A stretch of 64,000 nucleotides of DNA from Rhodospirillales bacterium (GCA_947445225.1 CANFCX010000001.1:88287-152286), one strand, 5' to 3'; positions 9,257 to 18,794 are shown, counted from the stretch's first letter. Program-made: numbers and translations. Notes: generated by a model not told the origin, from the letters alone.

Positions 9257-10597
9257 CTGTCCGTCGGGAGCCGCGGCTTCTCCCTCCCCGTAGCCCTCGG
9301 AAGCATCGTCCTCGGCGTCGCCCTCGCCGGCTGCGAGGTGGATTTGTTGGGCGAGCTGCAGACCGGCTCGCGCCGCGTCTCCGAGACCATGGGGCGGCTG
9401 CTAACGCCGGCCGCGGCGGATGTCGATATCAAGGCGATCACCGGCTATGGCTTGACCGACTTCACGGTGTCGGCGCCCGGCATCATCGCCGTGGACGCGG
9501 GCCAGCGCCGAGCCGAACTCGCCCGGCTCGACACGGAACGCCGCAACGCGGTCTGTGTGGCAACCGGCGCGGCCCCGCCGATCCGGCCCGTCACTGAAAT
9601 TCTTGGCGAACCGGGGATCCCGCCCGACGACGATCCGACGACACCATTCGCGGTCTTCATGATGGCGAAGGCGGCCGCCTATTTCGCCGTACCCGACAGG
9701 ACCGAGGCGGAGGCCGCGATCGCCACGCTCCGCCAATGGGCCCAGGCATCGGCGATGACGTCGATCCGCGACTACGGCAGTGATCGCAGCAACCTCAACT
9801 CCGTGCACGTGCTGCAGCGCACATTGGCGCCGACGCTTAATGCCTGGTCGATCTTGCGGTTCTATCCGGGGCTTTCCGGGGCCGATCGCGAGGTAATCGA
9901 TAGTTGGTTGGTTGCGTTGGTCGCGCGCGCCGATGTGAACACCGGACCGCTGGACGACCGCGACACCAACCCCGACCGCTACCTTTCGCAATTCGATTCA
10001 CACCGCTACCTTCGCGACCTGGTTGCGATGCAATGGGGAATATTAAGCGCGGACGATTTTCGCTTCCGGCGCGGCATCGAACGCTTCTTCGTCGCGCTGC
10101 GCCAGATGCGTAATGATGGCAGCCTGCCGCTGGAGATAGCGCGCGGCGGTCGCGCCTTGTCGTCGCAAAACGAAGCCATCGCCATCCTGGTGCATATCGC
10201 CGAACTCGCGGCGGTGCAGGGCTACGATCTCTACGGTTATGACGTCGACGGCGCCTCGATTCACACCGCGATCCGTTTCCTGCTCGACGCGATCGACGAT
10301 CCCAGAATCGTACTCAAATATTCGGGCGATGGCGGGTCATTGGGCCCGACATTAAGCGCCTCGCGCGGCACGGTGCAGAATCTTTCGTTTCTCTTCGCGC
10401 GCGGGCAACGCCACGCGATGGCATGGATCGAGCCGTATCTGGCGCGTTTCCCGGAATCGGCCAATGCGGTGAGGATCGCCGCGCTGCGCGGCGGACGTGT
10501 CGTGCGCGAACGGCCTCTTCTTTCCGAGCTGATCGGCGGCAACGCGACCTGCCTCTACGGCCGCGAATCGCAGTCCCTGGCCGAAATTAGGTTTTGA
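9257..10597 (+). CDS. Alginate-lyase-like (PL5/AlgL-like) lipoprotein; start uncertain
   Basis: Lipobox ...VALGSIVLGVALAGCEV. The motif GSLPLEIARGGRALSSQNEAIAILVHIAELA resembles the AlgL-family active-site region. There is no in-frame ATG between the cytochrome stop and the lipobox, so the start is either a non-ATG codon near 9257 or the ATG at 9137 overlapping the cytochrome gene. Confidence 0.5.
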   Translation: MSVGSRGFSLPVALGSIVLGVALAGCEVDLLGELQTGSRRVSETMGRLLTPAAADVDIKAITGYGLTDFTVSAPGIIAVDAGQRRAELARLDTERRNAVCVATGAAPPIRPVTEILGEPGIPPDDDPTTPFAVFMMAKAAAYFAVPDRTEAEAAIATLRQWAQASAMTSIRDYGSDRSNLNSVHVLQRTLAPTLNAWSILRFYPGLSGADREVIDSWLVALVARADVNTGPLDDRDTNPDRYLSQFDSHRYLRDLVAMQWGILSADDFRFRRGIERFFVALRQMRNDGSLPLEIARGGRALSSQNEAIAILVHIAELAAVQGYDLYGYDVDGASIHTAIRFLLDAIDDPRIVLKYSGDGGSLGPTLSASRGTVQNLSFLFARGQRHAMAWIEPYLARFPESANAVRIAALRGGRVVRERPLLSELIGGNATCLYGRESQSLAEIRF

Positions 10598-11525
10598 GTT
10601 TTGGGTCGATCGCGTCGCGCAGGCCATCGCCAAGAAGGTTGAAGGCCAGAACGGTGACGAAGATCGCCAGTCCGGGCAGGGTCACGACCCACCATGCCCG
10701 CTCCACGAATTGCAGGGAATCGGCCAGCATCGTGCCCCATTCCGGGGTTGGCGGCTGCGCCCCCAGCCCGAGAAAGCCGAGCGCGGCGGCATCGAGGATG
10801 GCGTCCGAAAAACCCAGGCTCGCCTGGACGATCACCGGACCCAGACAATTCGGCAGGACCGTTCGGAACATCAGACGCAGCCGACTGGCGCCCACGGCGC
10901 GGGCGGCGGTGACGTAATCCTTCGACAATTCCCCGATCACCGCGGCGCGCGTGACCCGGGCGAAATTGGGAAGGACCACGATCGAAACCGCCAGCATCGC
11001 GTTGGGCAGGCTCGGGCCCAGGATGGCGACGATGACAATCGCCAATAACAGGCTCGGCAAGGTCAGCAAGACATCCATCAGCCGCATGATCGCGAAATCG
11101 ACGATGCCGCCAAAAAACCCGGCCACGAGCCCAAGCGCGACCCCGGCGCCAAGCGCGATGACGACGACCATGGCCCCGATGATCATCGACAACCGGGCGC
11201 CGTGGATAAGGCGCGAGAACAGGTCGCGGCCGACATCGTCGGTTCCGAACAGAAAGCGGGAGGAGCCGCCCTCCGCCCAGGCCGGCGGTCTGAGAAAGGC
11301 GTCGCGAAATTGTTCGGCCGGGTCATAGGGCGCGATCATGTCCGCGAAGATGGCGATGAACACCATGACCAGGATGAGGGTTAGCCCGAACACCGCTCCG
11401 GAATTGCGGCGGAAATCCCGCCAGAACTCGGCCAACGGCGAGGCCGGACGGGCGACCGACGCAAGTGTCGCGGCGTCGGTGTGGGCATCACCGCGCATGA
11501 CGGATGCGCGGATTGATCGCGCCAT
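10587..11525 (-). CDS. dppC: ABC peptide transporter permease (DppC/OppC family)
   Basis: Six TM segments. The N-terminal extension and the EAA-like loop ...ARAVGASRLRLMFRTVLPNC are typical of DppC. Confidence 0.85.
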   Translation of the reverse strand: MARSIRASVMRGDAHTDAATLASVARPASPLAEFWRDFRRNSGAVFGLTLILVMVFIAIFADMIAPYDPAEQFRDAFLRPPAWAEGGSSRFLFGTDDVGRDLFSRLIHGARLSMIIGAMVVVIALGAGVALGLVAGFFGGIVDFAIMRLMDVLLTLPSLLLAIVIVAILGPSLPNAMLAVSIVVLPNFARVTRAAVIGELSKDYVTAARAVGASRLRLMFRTVLPNCLGPVIVQASLGFSDAILDAAALGFLGLGAQPPTPEWGTMLADSLQFVERAWWVVTLPGLAIFVTVLAFNLLGDGLRDAIDPKLKT

Positions 11526-12498
11526 AGAGAAGATCGATCGACAGATTGACCAGCATGACCACGCTTGCGGCCAGCAACACGCCGCCTTGCAGCACCGGGT
11601 AGTCGCGCCGGCGGACCGCTTCCACCAGCCATTTTCCGACGCCGGGCCAAGCGAAGATCGTTTCCGTCAGGATGGCGCCGGCAAGGAGATGGCCAACCTG
11701 AAGGCCGATCACCGTCACCACCGGAATAAGCGCGTTGCGCAGCGCGTGGATGGCGATGACACGCAGCGGAGACAGCCCCTTGGCGCGTGCCGTTCGGATG
11801 TAGTCCTCGCCCAGGACATCGAGCATTGCCGACCTTGTCATGCGCGCGACCACGGCGAGTGGCACCGTCCCGAGCGCGACCGCAGGCAGTATCAGATGGC
11901 GCAGAGCCGAGAGGAACGCTCCCTTTTCGCCGGAAATCAACGTGTCGATCAACATGAACCCGCTCACCGGCTCCACGAAATAGGTCAGCGACAGCCGGCC
12001 GGAAACCGGCGTCCAGCCCAGCGACACGGAGAAGGCCAATATCAGGAGCAGCCCCCACCAGAAGATCGGCATCGAATAGCCCGCGACCGACACCGCCATC
12101 GTTGCGCGATCGAATACGGAGCCGCGCCGGGTCGCGGCAAGCATTCCGGCGGGCAGCCCGAGCACCACCGCGAATAACATCGCGGCCATGGTCAGTTCGA
12201 TCGTGGCCGGAAACAGGGTGAGGAATTCCGTAAGAACGGGCTGGTGCGAATAGGCCGAACGCCCAAGATCGCCCAACGCTAACTGCCCAAGATAAATTCC
12301 GTATTGTTCGATCAGGGAACGATCGAAGCCCATCTCGTGACGCAGCAACGCGTAACGCTCGGGGTCCATTCCGCGTTCACCGGCCGTGAGCAGGATGGCA
12401 TCACCCGGGGCCAGCCGGATAAGAGCGAAGGCGAGCAGCGTGACGCCGATGAGAGTCGGAATCAGCAACCCGATGCGGGTGAGAATGAAGCGGATCAA
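11488..12498 (-). CDS. dppB: ABC peptide transporter permease (DppB/OppB family)
   Basis: MIRFILTRIGLLIPTLIGVTLLAF is a canonical DppB N-terminus. EAA motif ARAKGLSPLRVIAIHALRNA. Confidence 0.85.
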   Translation of the reverse strand: MIRFILTRIGLLIPTLIGVTLLAFALIRLAPGDAILLTAGERGMDPERYALLRHEMGFDRSLIEQYGIYLGQLALGDLGRSAYSHQPVLTEFLTLFPATIELTMAAMLFAVVLGLPAGMLAATRRGSVFDRATMAVSVAGYSMPIFWWGLLLILAFSVSLGWTPVSGRLSLTYFVEPVSGFMLIDTLISGEKGAFLSALRHLILPAVALGTVPLAVVARMTRSAMLDVLGEDYIRTARAKGLSPLRVIAIHALRNALIPVVTVIGLQVGHLLAGAILTETIFAWPGVGKWLVEAVRRRDYPVLQGGVLLAASVVMLVNLSIDLLYGAINPRIRHAR

Positions 12499-12573
12499 TG
12501 GACCGTTACCTTGCCTGTTGCCGCGGCCGCGAGCGCGGGTCAGGGCCGCCGCCGAAGTTCTGTAGCCCGGTCC

Positions 12574-14163
12574 TTATTGAATATCCACGCCGTAGAATAC
12601 GTGGAGGCCGAGCGGGCTGATTTTGTAGTCGATGACTTCTTTTCGCACCGGCTGGTAGGTCACGGAGTGGGCGACGGTGAACCAAGGCGCTTCTTCTTTG
12701 AAGACGATTTGCGCCTGTTTGTAGAGCTCCGTGCGTTTGGCGATGTCCGGCGTGCGTTTGGCGGCGACCACCAGATCGTCGAAAGGTTTGAAACACCAGC
12801 GCGCGCGGTTGGTGCCGTCCTTGGCCGCGTCGCAGCCCAGCAGCGTGTGCAGAAAATTGTCGGGATCGCCGTTGTCGCTGATCCAGCCCAGCAACATCGT
12901 CTGATGTTCGCCGGCGGCGCCGCGGCGCAGATATTCGGTCCATTCATATTGGACGATGTTGGCCTTCACGCCGACCTTGGCGAGGTCGGCCTGTATCAGC
13001 TCCGCCATGCGCCGCGCGTTCGGATTGTAGGCGCGCGATACCGGCATCGCCCACAAATCCGTCTCAAAGCCATTGGGATAACCGGCTTCGGCCAGCAGTT
13101 TTTTCGCTCGATCCGGATCGTAGGGATAGTCCTTCAGCGCATCGTTGTAGGACCAGATTGTGGGCGGAATCGGATTGGTCGCCGGTGTCCCGGCGCCCAG
13201 ATAGACCGCCTCGACGATGGCTTTCTTGTCCACGGCGAAACTCAGGGCTTGGCGCACGCGTTTGTCGTCGAAGGGCTTCTTCGTCGTGTTGAACGCCCAA
13301 TAGCCGATATTGAGTCCTTCCTGGGACAGGAGCCTGATGTTCGGGTCTCTTCTCATGGAGTCGAGATCGGCGGGATTGGGGACGGCCATGACGTGGCATT
13401 CACCCACCCGAAGTTTGGCGTAACGCACGGCCGCATCCGGCGTGATGGCGAAGACCAGATCGTCGATTTTGGCTTTGCCCTGCCAATAATCGGGGTTGGC
13501 GCGGTAGCGGATGTCCGAATCCTTGCGGTAGGCCACCAGGATGAACGGTCCCGTGCCGATCGGCTCCTGATCGACCTTTTCGGGTGTCCGCGCCACTAGC
13601 ATCTTGTCGGCATATTCGGCCGACAGGATCGAGGCGAAATCCATGCCGAGATTGGCGATGAAGGGCGCCTCGGGAGCCGTGAGGGTGAACCGCACGGTGT
13701 AGTCGTCGACCTTCACGATCGATTTGAGCAGGCGGGCCATGCCCATGCTGTTGAAATATTCGTAATTGCCGCCAGAAACCTTGTGATAGGGGTGGTCGGA
13801 TTTCCAGGCGCGCTCGAAGCTGAAAAGGACGTCGTCGGCGTTGAAATCGCGGCTGGGCGTGAACCCGGCGCGGCTGTGAAATTTGACGCCACGGCGCAGT
13901 CTGAACGTGTAGACGGTACCGTCATCGGAAACCGTCCAGCTTTCGGCCAGGCCCGGCCCGATTTTCGTCGTGTCGCGTTCAAATTCGACCAGGCGGCCGT
14001 AGAGGGGGCGCGAGGTCGCGTCGAAGGTGGTTCCCGAGGTGGAAAATTGCGGGTTGAAGCCTTCGGGGCTTCCTTCCGAACAATAAATCAAGGTCTTGGC
14101 TTCGGCGGCACCGGCGCAGCCGAGCGCCAGCGTTAGGCCGAGGACAAGGAGCGAGCTCCGCAT
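12574..14163 (-). CDS. dppA: ABC transporter substrate-binding protein, family 5 (DppA-like)
   Basis: Signal peptide MRSSLLVLGLTLALGCAGAAEA. The ~529-aa SBP_bac_5 architecture is encoded upstream of dppBC on the same strand. Confidence 0.85.
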   Translation of the reverse strand: MRSSLLVLGLTLALGCAGAAEAKTLIYCSEGSPEGFNPQFSTSGTTFDATSRPLYGRLVEFERDTTKIGPGLAESWTVSDDGTVYTFRLRRGVKFHSRAGFTPSRDFNADDVLFSFERAWKSDHPYHKVSGGNYEYFNSMGMARLLKSIVKVDDYTVRFTLTAPEAPFIANLGMDFASILSAEYADKMLVARTPEKVDQEPIGTGPFILVAYRKDSDIRYRANPDYWQGKAKIDDLVFAITPDAAVRYAKLRVGECHVMAVPNPADLDSMRRDPNIRLLSQEGLNIGYWAFNTTKKPFDDKRVRQALSFAVDKKAIVEAVYLGAGTPATNPIPPTIWSYNDALKDYPYDPDRAKKLLAEAGYPNGFETDLWAMPVSRAYNPNARRMAELIQADLAKVGVKANIVQYEWTEYLRRGAAGEHQTMLLGWISDNGDPDNFLHTLLGCDAAKDGTNRARWCFKPFDDLVVAAKRTPDIAKRTELYKQAQIVFKEEAPWFTVAHSVTYQPVRKEVIDYKISPLGLHVFYGVDIQ

Positions 14164-14305
14164 AGTCAGCCTCCCCCGGGCTTATCGACGTCGATGAGTT
14201 CTGGAATCGCGCCCCCGTTGCGCGTCGTGCTGCGCCGACTGGATTATCCTTGCGTCCACCGCCTCGGTCAACGCGGCCATCCGAAGCTGAGGTATAACCG
14301 GGAAA

Positions 14306-16033
14306 ATGACGAAGAGGCTTTCCGGAATGACCGCGCCGCCCGCCAACGCCGCTTTCTTCTATGCGCCCGACGGTTACGAGACCAAGGGGCGTGACATCAT
14401 GGGACGGCATTCGGCCGGCGAGGGTTTCCTCAAAGGATATGCCCGGCATAGCGGTGCCGACACCCTCGTCTGCTTCTCCCGCAGCCGCGCCTATGCTGAG
14501 CATTTCGCACGGCAGACGGCGACCATACGGCCGCCGTCCACGAAAATCCGCTGGGTCGCGCATCAGAATCCGGATCGGCTCGCGGACCCCGGCTGTCTGT
14601 TTTTTCCCGGTCCCAATATCGATCAGGTCGCCTGGCAAAGACGGCATTATTCGGCGCGCGGCTACAGCCTGTGCGGTGTTACGCACACAACGGCGACACG
14701 AGCGGTGATGGAGTCGATTGGCGCGCTGTTGCTGGCGCCGGTGCAGCCATGGGACGCGGTGATCTGCACCTCGCGGGCGGTGCGGCACACGGTCGAACAT
14801 GTGCTCGACGGTTATGGCGCCTATCTGCGCGAACGGCTCGGCGCCGAACCGCCGCGCCCCGTCCAACTTCCCGTGATTCCGCTGGGCGTCGATTGCGCCG
14901 CCTTCGCCCCCGGCCCCGAGCGCGATAGGCGCCGCGCCGAGGCCAGGGCGGGCCTCGGGATCGACGATGACGGCGTGGCGGTTCTGTTCGTGGGACGCCT
15001 GAGCCATCACGGCAAAGCCCATCCGATTCCCATGTATATCGGCCTCGAAGAGGCGGCGCGGCGCACCGGCAAACGTGTCTTCTTGATCCAGGCCGGGTGG
15101 TGGGCGAATAAGGGACAAGAGGCCGCCTTCCGCGAAGGCGCCGCGCGTTATTGTCCGTCGATCGATGCCCTGTTCGTGGATGGAAGGCAGGAAAAAGCGC
15201 GCGATGACGCGTGGGCGGCGGCGGACCTATTCACATCCCTGTCCGACAATATCCAGGAGACCTTCGGCCTGACGCCGATCGAGGCCATGGCGGCGGGTCT
15301 TCCGGTCGTTGTCACCGATTGGGATGGCTATCGCGACACCGTGCGTCCGGGCATCGATGGCTTCGCGATTCCGACGCGGGCGCCGGGACCGGGTCTGGGC
15401 GTCGATCTCGCCCTGCGTTACGCGATGGATATCGACAGCTACGACACCTATGTCGCGGCCTGTAGCCAATTCACCGAGGTGGATATCGCGGCCGGCGCCG
15501 AAGCCTATGCAGCGCTGATCGGGGATCCGGCCCTGCGCGCGCGCATGGGCGAAGCCGGGCGCCGGCGGGCGGCGGCCATCTACGACTGGCGAGTGGTCGT
15601 TGCCGCCTATCAGGATTTGTGGACGGAGCTGGCGGCGCGCCGGTCGCACGATACCGAGCTGGCGCCGCGGCGGCCGGGGTTGCCCATCGCCCCCTTGCGG
15701 GACGATCCTTTCGCCGTCTTCGCTTCTTATCCCACCACCCGCGTCGGTGGTGCCGACCGCGTTGCCGCACTGGCTGGCGCCGATGCGGCGGTGTTGCAAG
15801 GATTGCGCGCCTCGCCGCTGAGCGCGGCGGCCCTGGCTTATGTCGGCACCGAGGCCGAATGCACGCACATTCTGTTGCTTCTCAACGAGCGTGGCCCCTT
15901 AACCGTCGAGGCCGTGCTGAACGAGTTCCCGTCCGGAAGGCGCCTCTTACTTTCACGGACGCTGCCCTGGCTCGCCAAACACAACCTGATCCGGTTCCTG
16001 GCGTCCGACGAGCCGCTCAGCCTTCGGGCATGA
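14306..16033 (+). CDS. GT4-family glycosyltransferase with a ~200-aa N-terminal extension
   Basis: C-terminal GT4 motif ...ETFGLTPIEAMAAGLPVVVTDWDGYRD (E-x7-E). 575 aa. Confidence 0.8.
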   Translation: MTKRLSGMTAPPANAAFFYAPDGYETKGRDIMGRHSAGEGFLKGYARHSGADTLVCFSRSRAYAEHFARQTATIRPPSTKIRWVAHQNPDRLADPGCLFFPGPNIDQVAWQRRHYSARGYSLCGVTHTTATRAVMESIGALLLAPVQPWDAVICTSRAVRHTVEHVLDGYGAYLRERLGAEPPRPVQLPVIPLGVDCAAFAPGPERDRRRAEARAGLGIDDDGVAVLFVGRLSHHGKAHPIPMYIGLEEAARRTGKRVFLIQAGWWANKGQEAAFREGAARYCPSIDALFVDGRQEKARDDAWAAADLFTSLSDNIQETFGLTPIEAMAAGLPVVVTDWDGYRDTVRPGIDGFAIPTRAPGPGLGVDLALRYAMDIDSYDTYVAACSQFTEVDIAAGAEAYAALIGDPALRARMGEAGRRRAAAIYDWRVVVAAYQDLWTELAARRSHDTELAPRRPGLPIAPLRDDPFAVFASYPTTRVGGADRVAALAGADAAVLQGLRASPLSAAALAYVGTEAECTHILLLLNERGPLTVEAVLNEFPSGRRLLLSRTLPWLAKHNLIRFLASDEPLSLRA

Positions 16034-16541
16034 GGACGCCTTGCCAGATGCCGCGGCGGCTGGCGCGCGCCTCGTTTTCCTCGAGCCCATAGTCGGGGAG
16101 CCGCCGGTCGATCTGGGCCATGCCGAGACGAACCAATTCGCGGTTGATTTCGATGTTTCCGACGAAGCAAACGGCCAGGATCTGCTTCTTGGCGTCGCGT
16201 TCGCGCACTTCGCAACGGACGTTGCGCTCGCCGATCAACTCGCGCAGCGCTTTCGCCGAATTGGCGCCGCAGAACCACGGCATCGATCCGGCGCGGCAGC
16301 GCTGCCGAATGCCCGGCGCCTGGATGGCGTAGAGCCGCAGGCGCCGGCCGTCGACATCCATTTCGCCGGCATCGATGACGCTGGCTTGGCCGATGATCGG
16401 TTTGTCGTTTTCTTGGGCCAAGACGGCCGCCGCCGAAAGCAGCAGAGCCATGGCCAAGATCGCGCCCGCTATGTGACCCAAATCACAGCGGCCCCGTGTG
16501 TGCCTCGCTAACCTGACCCAAGTTCTAGTGGGGCGAATCAT
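16017..16541 (-). CDS. Secreted thermonuclease (staphylococcal nuclease / SNase-like)
   Basis: SNase-like core ...DGRRLRLYAIQAPGIRQRC...AKKQILAVCFVGNIEINRELVRLGMA preceded by a hydrophobic signal region AGAILAMALLLSAAAVLAQ. The start was chosen at MIRPTR... and is uncertain. Confidence 0.65.
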   Translation of the reverse strand: MIRPTRTWVRLARHTRGRCDLGHIAGAILAMALLLSAAAVLAQENDKPIIGQASVIDAGEMDVDGRRLRLYAIQAPGIRQRCRAGSMPWFCGANSAKALRELIGERNVRCEVRERDAKKQILAVCFVGNIEINRELVRLGMAQIDRRLPDYGLEENEARASRRGIWQGVLMPEG

Positions 16542-16633
16542 GGGCGATCCTATCCTGAAGGCATTCATGGCCGGGCCGCGGCATGCCATTGCGGCGTGGC
16601 GAGCGGCTCGATCTTCATCGTTACGAGTGGGCG

Positions 16634-17047
16634 ATGTTTCGGCTGGATGACCGCCTGGCGGCGGACACCGCCCTCGTCGATCTGTGGGATTTGTGCGAAG
16701 TCCGATTGATGGACGACGCCAACTACCCGTGGTTCGTCTTGGTCCCTCAGCGCACCGATCTGCGCGAGATTCATGACCTTGCCCCCGCCGACCGCCTGCT
16801 GTTGATGGACGAAATCGTGCGTGCGACGCGTATTCTCGGACAGGCTTGGCGACCCGACAAGATCAATGTCGCGGCGTTGGGCAATCAGGTTAGTCAACTT
16901 CATATCCACGTCATCGCCCGCTATGTGGCCGACGGCGCCTGGCCGCGCCCGGTCTGGGGCCTTCTGCCACCTCTGCAATATACGAAACCGCAGCGTCTGG
17001 ACGTAATATCACGCTTTCGTGAGACCCGGGCTCTGACTGCCGCCTAG
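16634..17047 (+). CDS. HIT-family (histidine triad) hydrolase
   Basis: Histidine-triad motif NQVSQLHIHVIAR. Start set at MFRLDD... to avoid a divergent overlap with the nuclease gene. Confidence 0.7.
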   Translation: MFRLDDRLAADTALVDLWDLCEVRLMDDANYPWFVLVPQRTDLREIHDLAPADRLLLMDEIVRATRILGQAWRPDKINVAALGNQVSQLHIHVIARYVADGAWPRPVWGLLPPLQYTKPQRLDVISRFRETRALTAA

Positions 17048-17297
17048 AGGCAGAGGCGGCATGATCGAGGCGGCGACGGCTCTCGTATAACGTTCATGAA
17101 AAGCAACCCATTTTGGGCTTGCTTGGCGTCGCTGCGTCCCCGGACAGACCATGCCGAACCTCGATCATTGGCGGCCAGCGCGGTCGCCGCGGTTTTCTCT
17201 GGCGGCGTCGCGGGGCTTTGCTACAGTTGAAACACCGGGGGCGTGTCGGGCAATCGGGCGAGTGTCGGACACCATCGATTCTGAACGGGGGACGTAA

Positions 17298-17423
17298 TGC
17301 AGAGCCAGGTGCGGGCGACCGCGGCCTTGTTGCTGGAGAACATTCTATTGTCCGGTACGATCACGGCCGATTCCATGGAAGGCCTACCCGCCGCCGCGTT
17401 CCTTAAACGCCATGACGCCTGAC
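17298..17423 (+). CDS. Small ORF (41 aa) immediately upstream of, and overlapping, the start of the FAD oxidoreductase gene; speculative
   Basis: ATG at 17298 with a GGGGGAC SD 5 nt upstream. MQSQVRATAALLLENILLSGTITADSMEGLPAAAFLKRHDA. Its stop overlaps the next gene's ATG region. It is below the ORF-track length cutoff. Confidence 0.2.
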
Positions 17424-18794
17424 GGTTTGGGCGGAAGCGGCCCGCCGCTCAAGATCGCGGTGGTGGGCGGCGGCGTGGCCGGCCTCGGCGCCGCCTGGCT
17501 TCTCGATCGCGGGCACGACGTCACGGTCTATGAGAAAAACGACTGGATTGGCGGCCACACCCATACCATCGAGGTAAGCCACCCCGGGGGCAAGAACCCG
17601 ATACCGGTCGACGTCGGCTTCATCATCTTCAACGAGACCAATTACCCGAATCTGAACGCATTTTTCCGGCGACTCGGCATCCGCTCGGAACCGAGCAACA
17701 TGTCGTTTTCGGTGAGCGTCGGCGATGGGGCGCAGGAATACGGCACCGGATCGCTGAATGGCCTAATCGGGCTCCGCAATCTTTTCCGCGCCGATCATTG
17801 GCGGATGTTGAGCGATCTGGTCCGTTTCTACCGGGAAGCGCCGCGCCTGCTCGATGTCCGGGGCGACGGCCCCTCGCTCGGCGAATACCTGACCGCCGAA
17901 GGTTATTCGGACGCCTTCATCCTCGATCATTTGCTGCCGATGGGTGCCGCGTTGTGGTCGGCACCGATGGCCAGCTTTATGGATTTCCCGGCCAAGAGCT
18001 TCGTCCGTTTTTGCCACAACCACGGTCTATTGCGGGTGTTCGGGCGCCCGCAATGGCGCACGGTATCCAACGGCGGCCGCGAATATGTTCGAGCCGCGCT
18101 CGCCGACATGCGCGCCAATGTGCGAGCGGCTTCGCCCGTTGTCCAAGTCCGCCGCCTCGCCGACGGTGGCGGCGTCATGGTGCGCGATGGGCGCGGCGAC
18201 GAACGCCAATTCGATCATGTCGTCATGGCCTGCCACGCCGATGAGTCATTGGCGCTGCTCGCCGACCCGTCCGTGGACGAACGTCGGGTTCTCGGCGGTT
18301 TTTCCTATCAGAAGAACCGCGCCTACCTGCATCGCGACACCCGCCTGATGCCGCGCCGGCGGTCGGTATGGTCGAGCTGGAACTACATCGCCGACGATCA
18401 CCGCGACCTGGAACGCCGCGTCTCGGTCACCTATTGGATGAACAGTCTTCAGAATCTCGACCCGGCCTGCCCATTGTTTGTCTCGCTCAACCCAATTCGC
18501 GAGCCCGATCCGGGGTTGGTCTTCGCGACGCTCGATTACAGCCACCCCATATTCGATGCCCACGCCATCGGCGCCCAGAGTGAACAGGACCGCGTTCAGG
18601 GCGTTCGCCGGACGTGGTTCTGCGGCAGCTATTGGGGTTACGGATTTCACGAAGATGCATTTTCCTCCGGGCTCGCGGTCGCGGAATCCCTGGGGGTCAG
18701 GCGGCCCTGGGCGGCCACCCCCGCGCCGATCACGGCGACGGCAAACCCGACATTGGTGGCCCCTGCGGTCGCCGCGGCGGCGGACCGCGAGTAG
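17412..18794 (+). CDS. NAD(P)/FAD-dependent oxidoreductase (amine-oxidase-like) of the cfa cassette
   Basis: Dinucleotide-binding N-terminus KIAVVGGGVAGLGAAWLLDRGHDVTVYEKNDWIGGH. It is first in the conserved oxidoreductase-DUF1365-CFA synthase-MFS cassette. Confidence 0.85.
   Translation: MTPDGLGGSGPPLKIAVVGGGVAGLGAAWLLDRGHDVTVYEKNDWIGGHTHTIEVSHPGGKNPIPVDVGFIIFNETNYPNLNAFFRRLGIRSEPSNMSFSVSVGDGAQEYGTGSLNGLIGLRNLFRADHWRMLSDLVRFYREAPRLLDVRGDGPSLGEYLTAEGYSDAFILDHLLPMGAALWSAPMASFMDFPAKSFVRFCHNHGLLRVFGRPQWRTVSNGGREYVRAALADMRANVRAASPVVQVRRLADGGGVMVRDGRGDERQFDHVVMACHADESLALLADPSVDERRVLGGFSYQKNRAYLHRDTRLMPRRRSVWSSWNYIADDHRDLERRVSVTYWMNSLQNLDPACPLFVSLNPIREPDPGLVFATLDYSHPIFDAHAIGAQSEQDRVQGVRRTWFCGSYWGYGFHEDAFSSGLAVAESLGVRRPWAATPAPITATANPTLVAPAVAAAADRE

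Noticed and set aside
7972-9441. 489-aa minus-strand ORF antisense to the cytochrome gene
   Set aside because: Arg/Gly/Ala-rich low-complexity translation with no domain signatures. It fully overlaps a well-supported CDS (haem motifs, signal peptide) and is a typical high-GC antisense artefact.
12304-13599. 431-aa plus-strand ORF antisense to dppA/dppB
   Set aside because: No recognisable motifs. It overlaps two coupled transporter genes on the other strand.
14194-14394. 66-aa ORF in the dppA/GT4 divergent promoter region
   Set aside because: Arg-rich and overlaps the likely GT4 promoter and start. There is no SD.
17113-17406. 97-aa Arg/Gly-rich ORF upstream of the cfa cassette
   Set aside because: Low-complexity composition. 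The shorter 41-codon ORF with a proper SD in the same region is the better candidate, though itself speculative.
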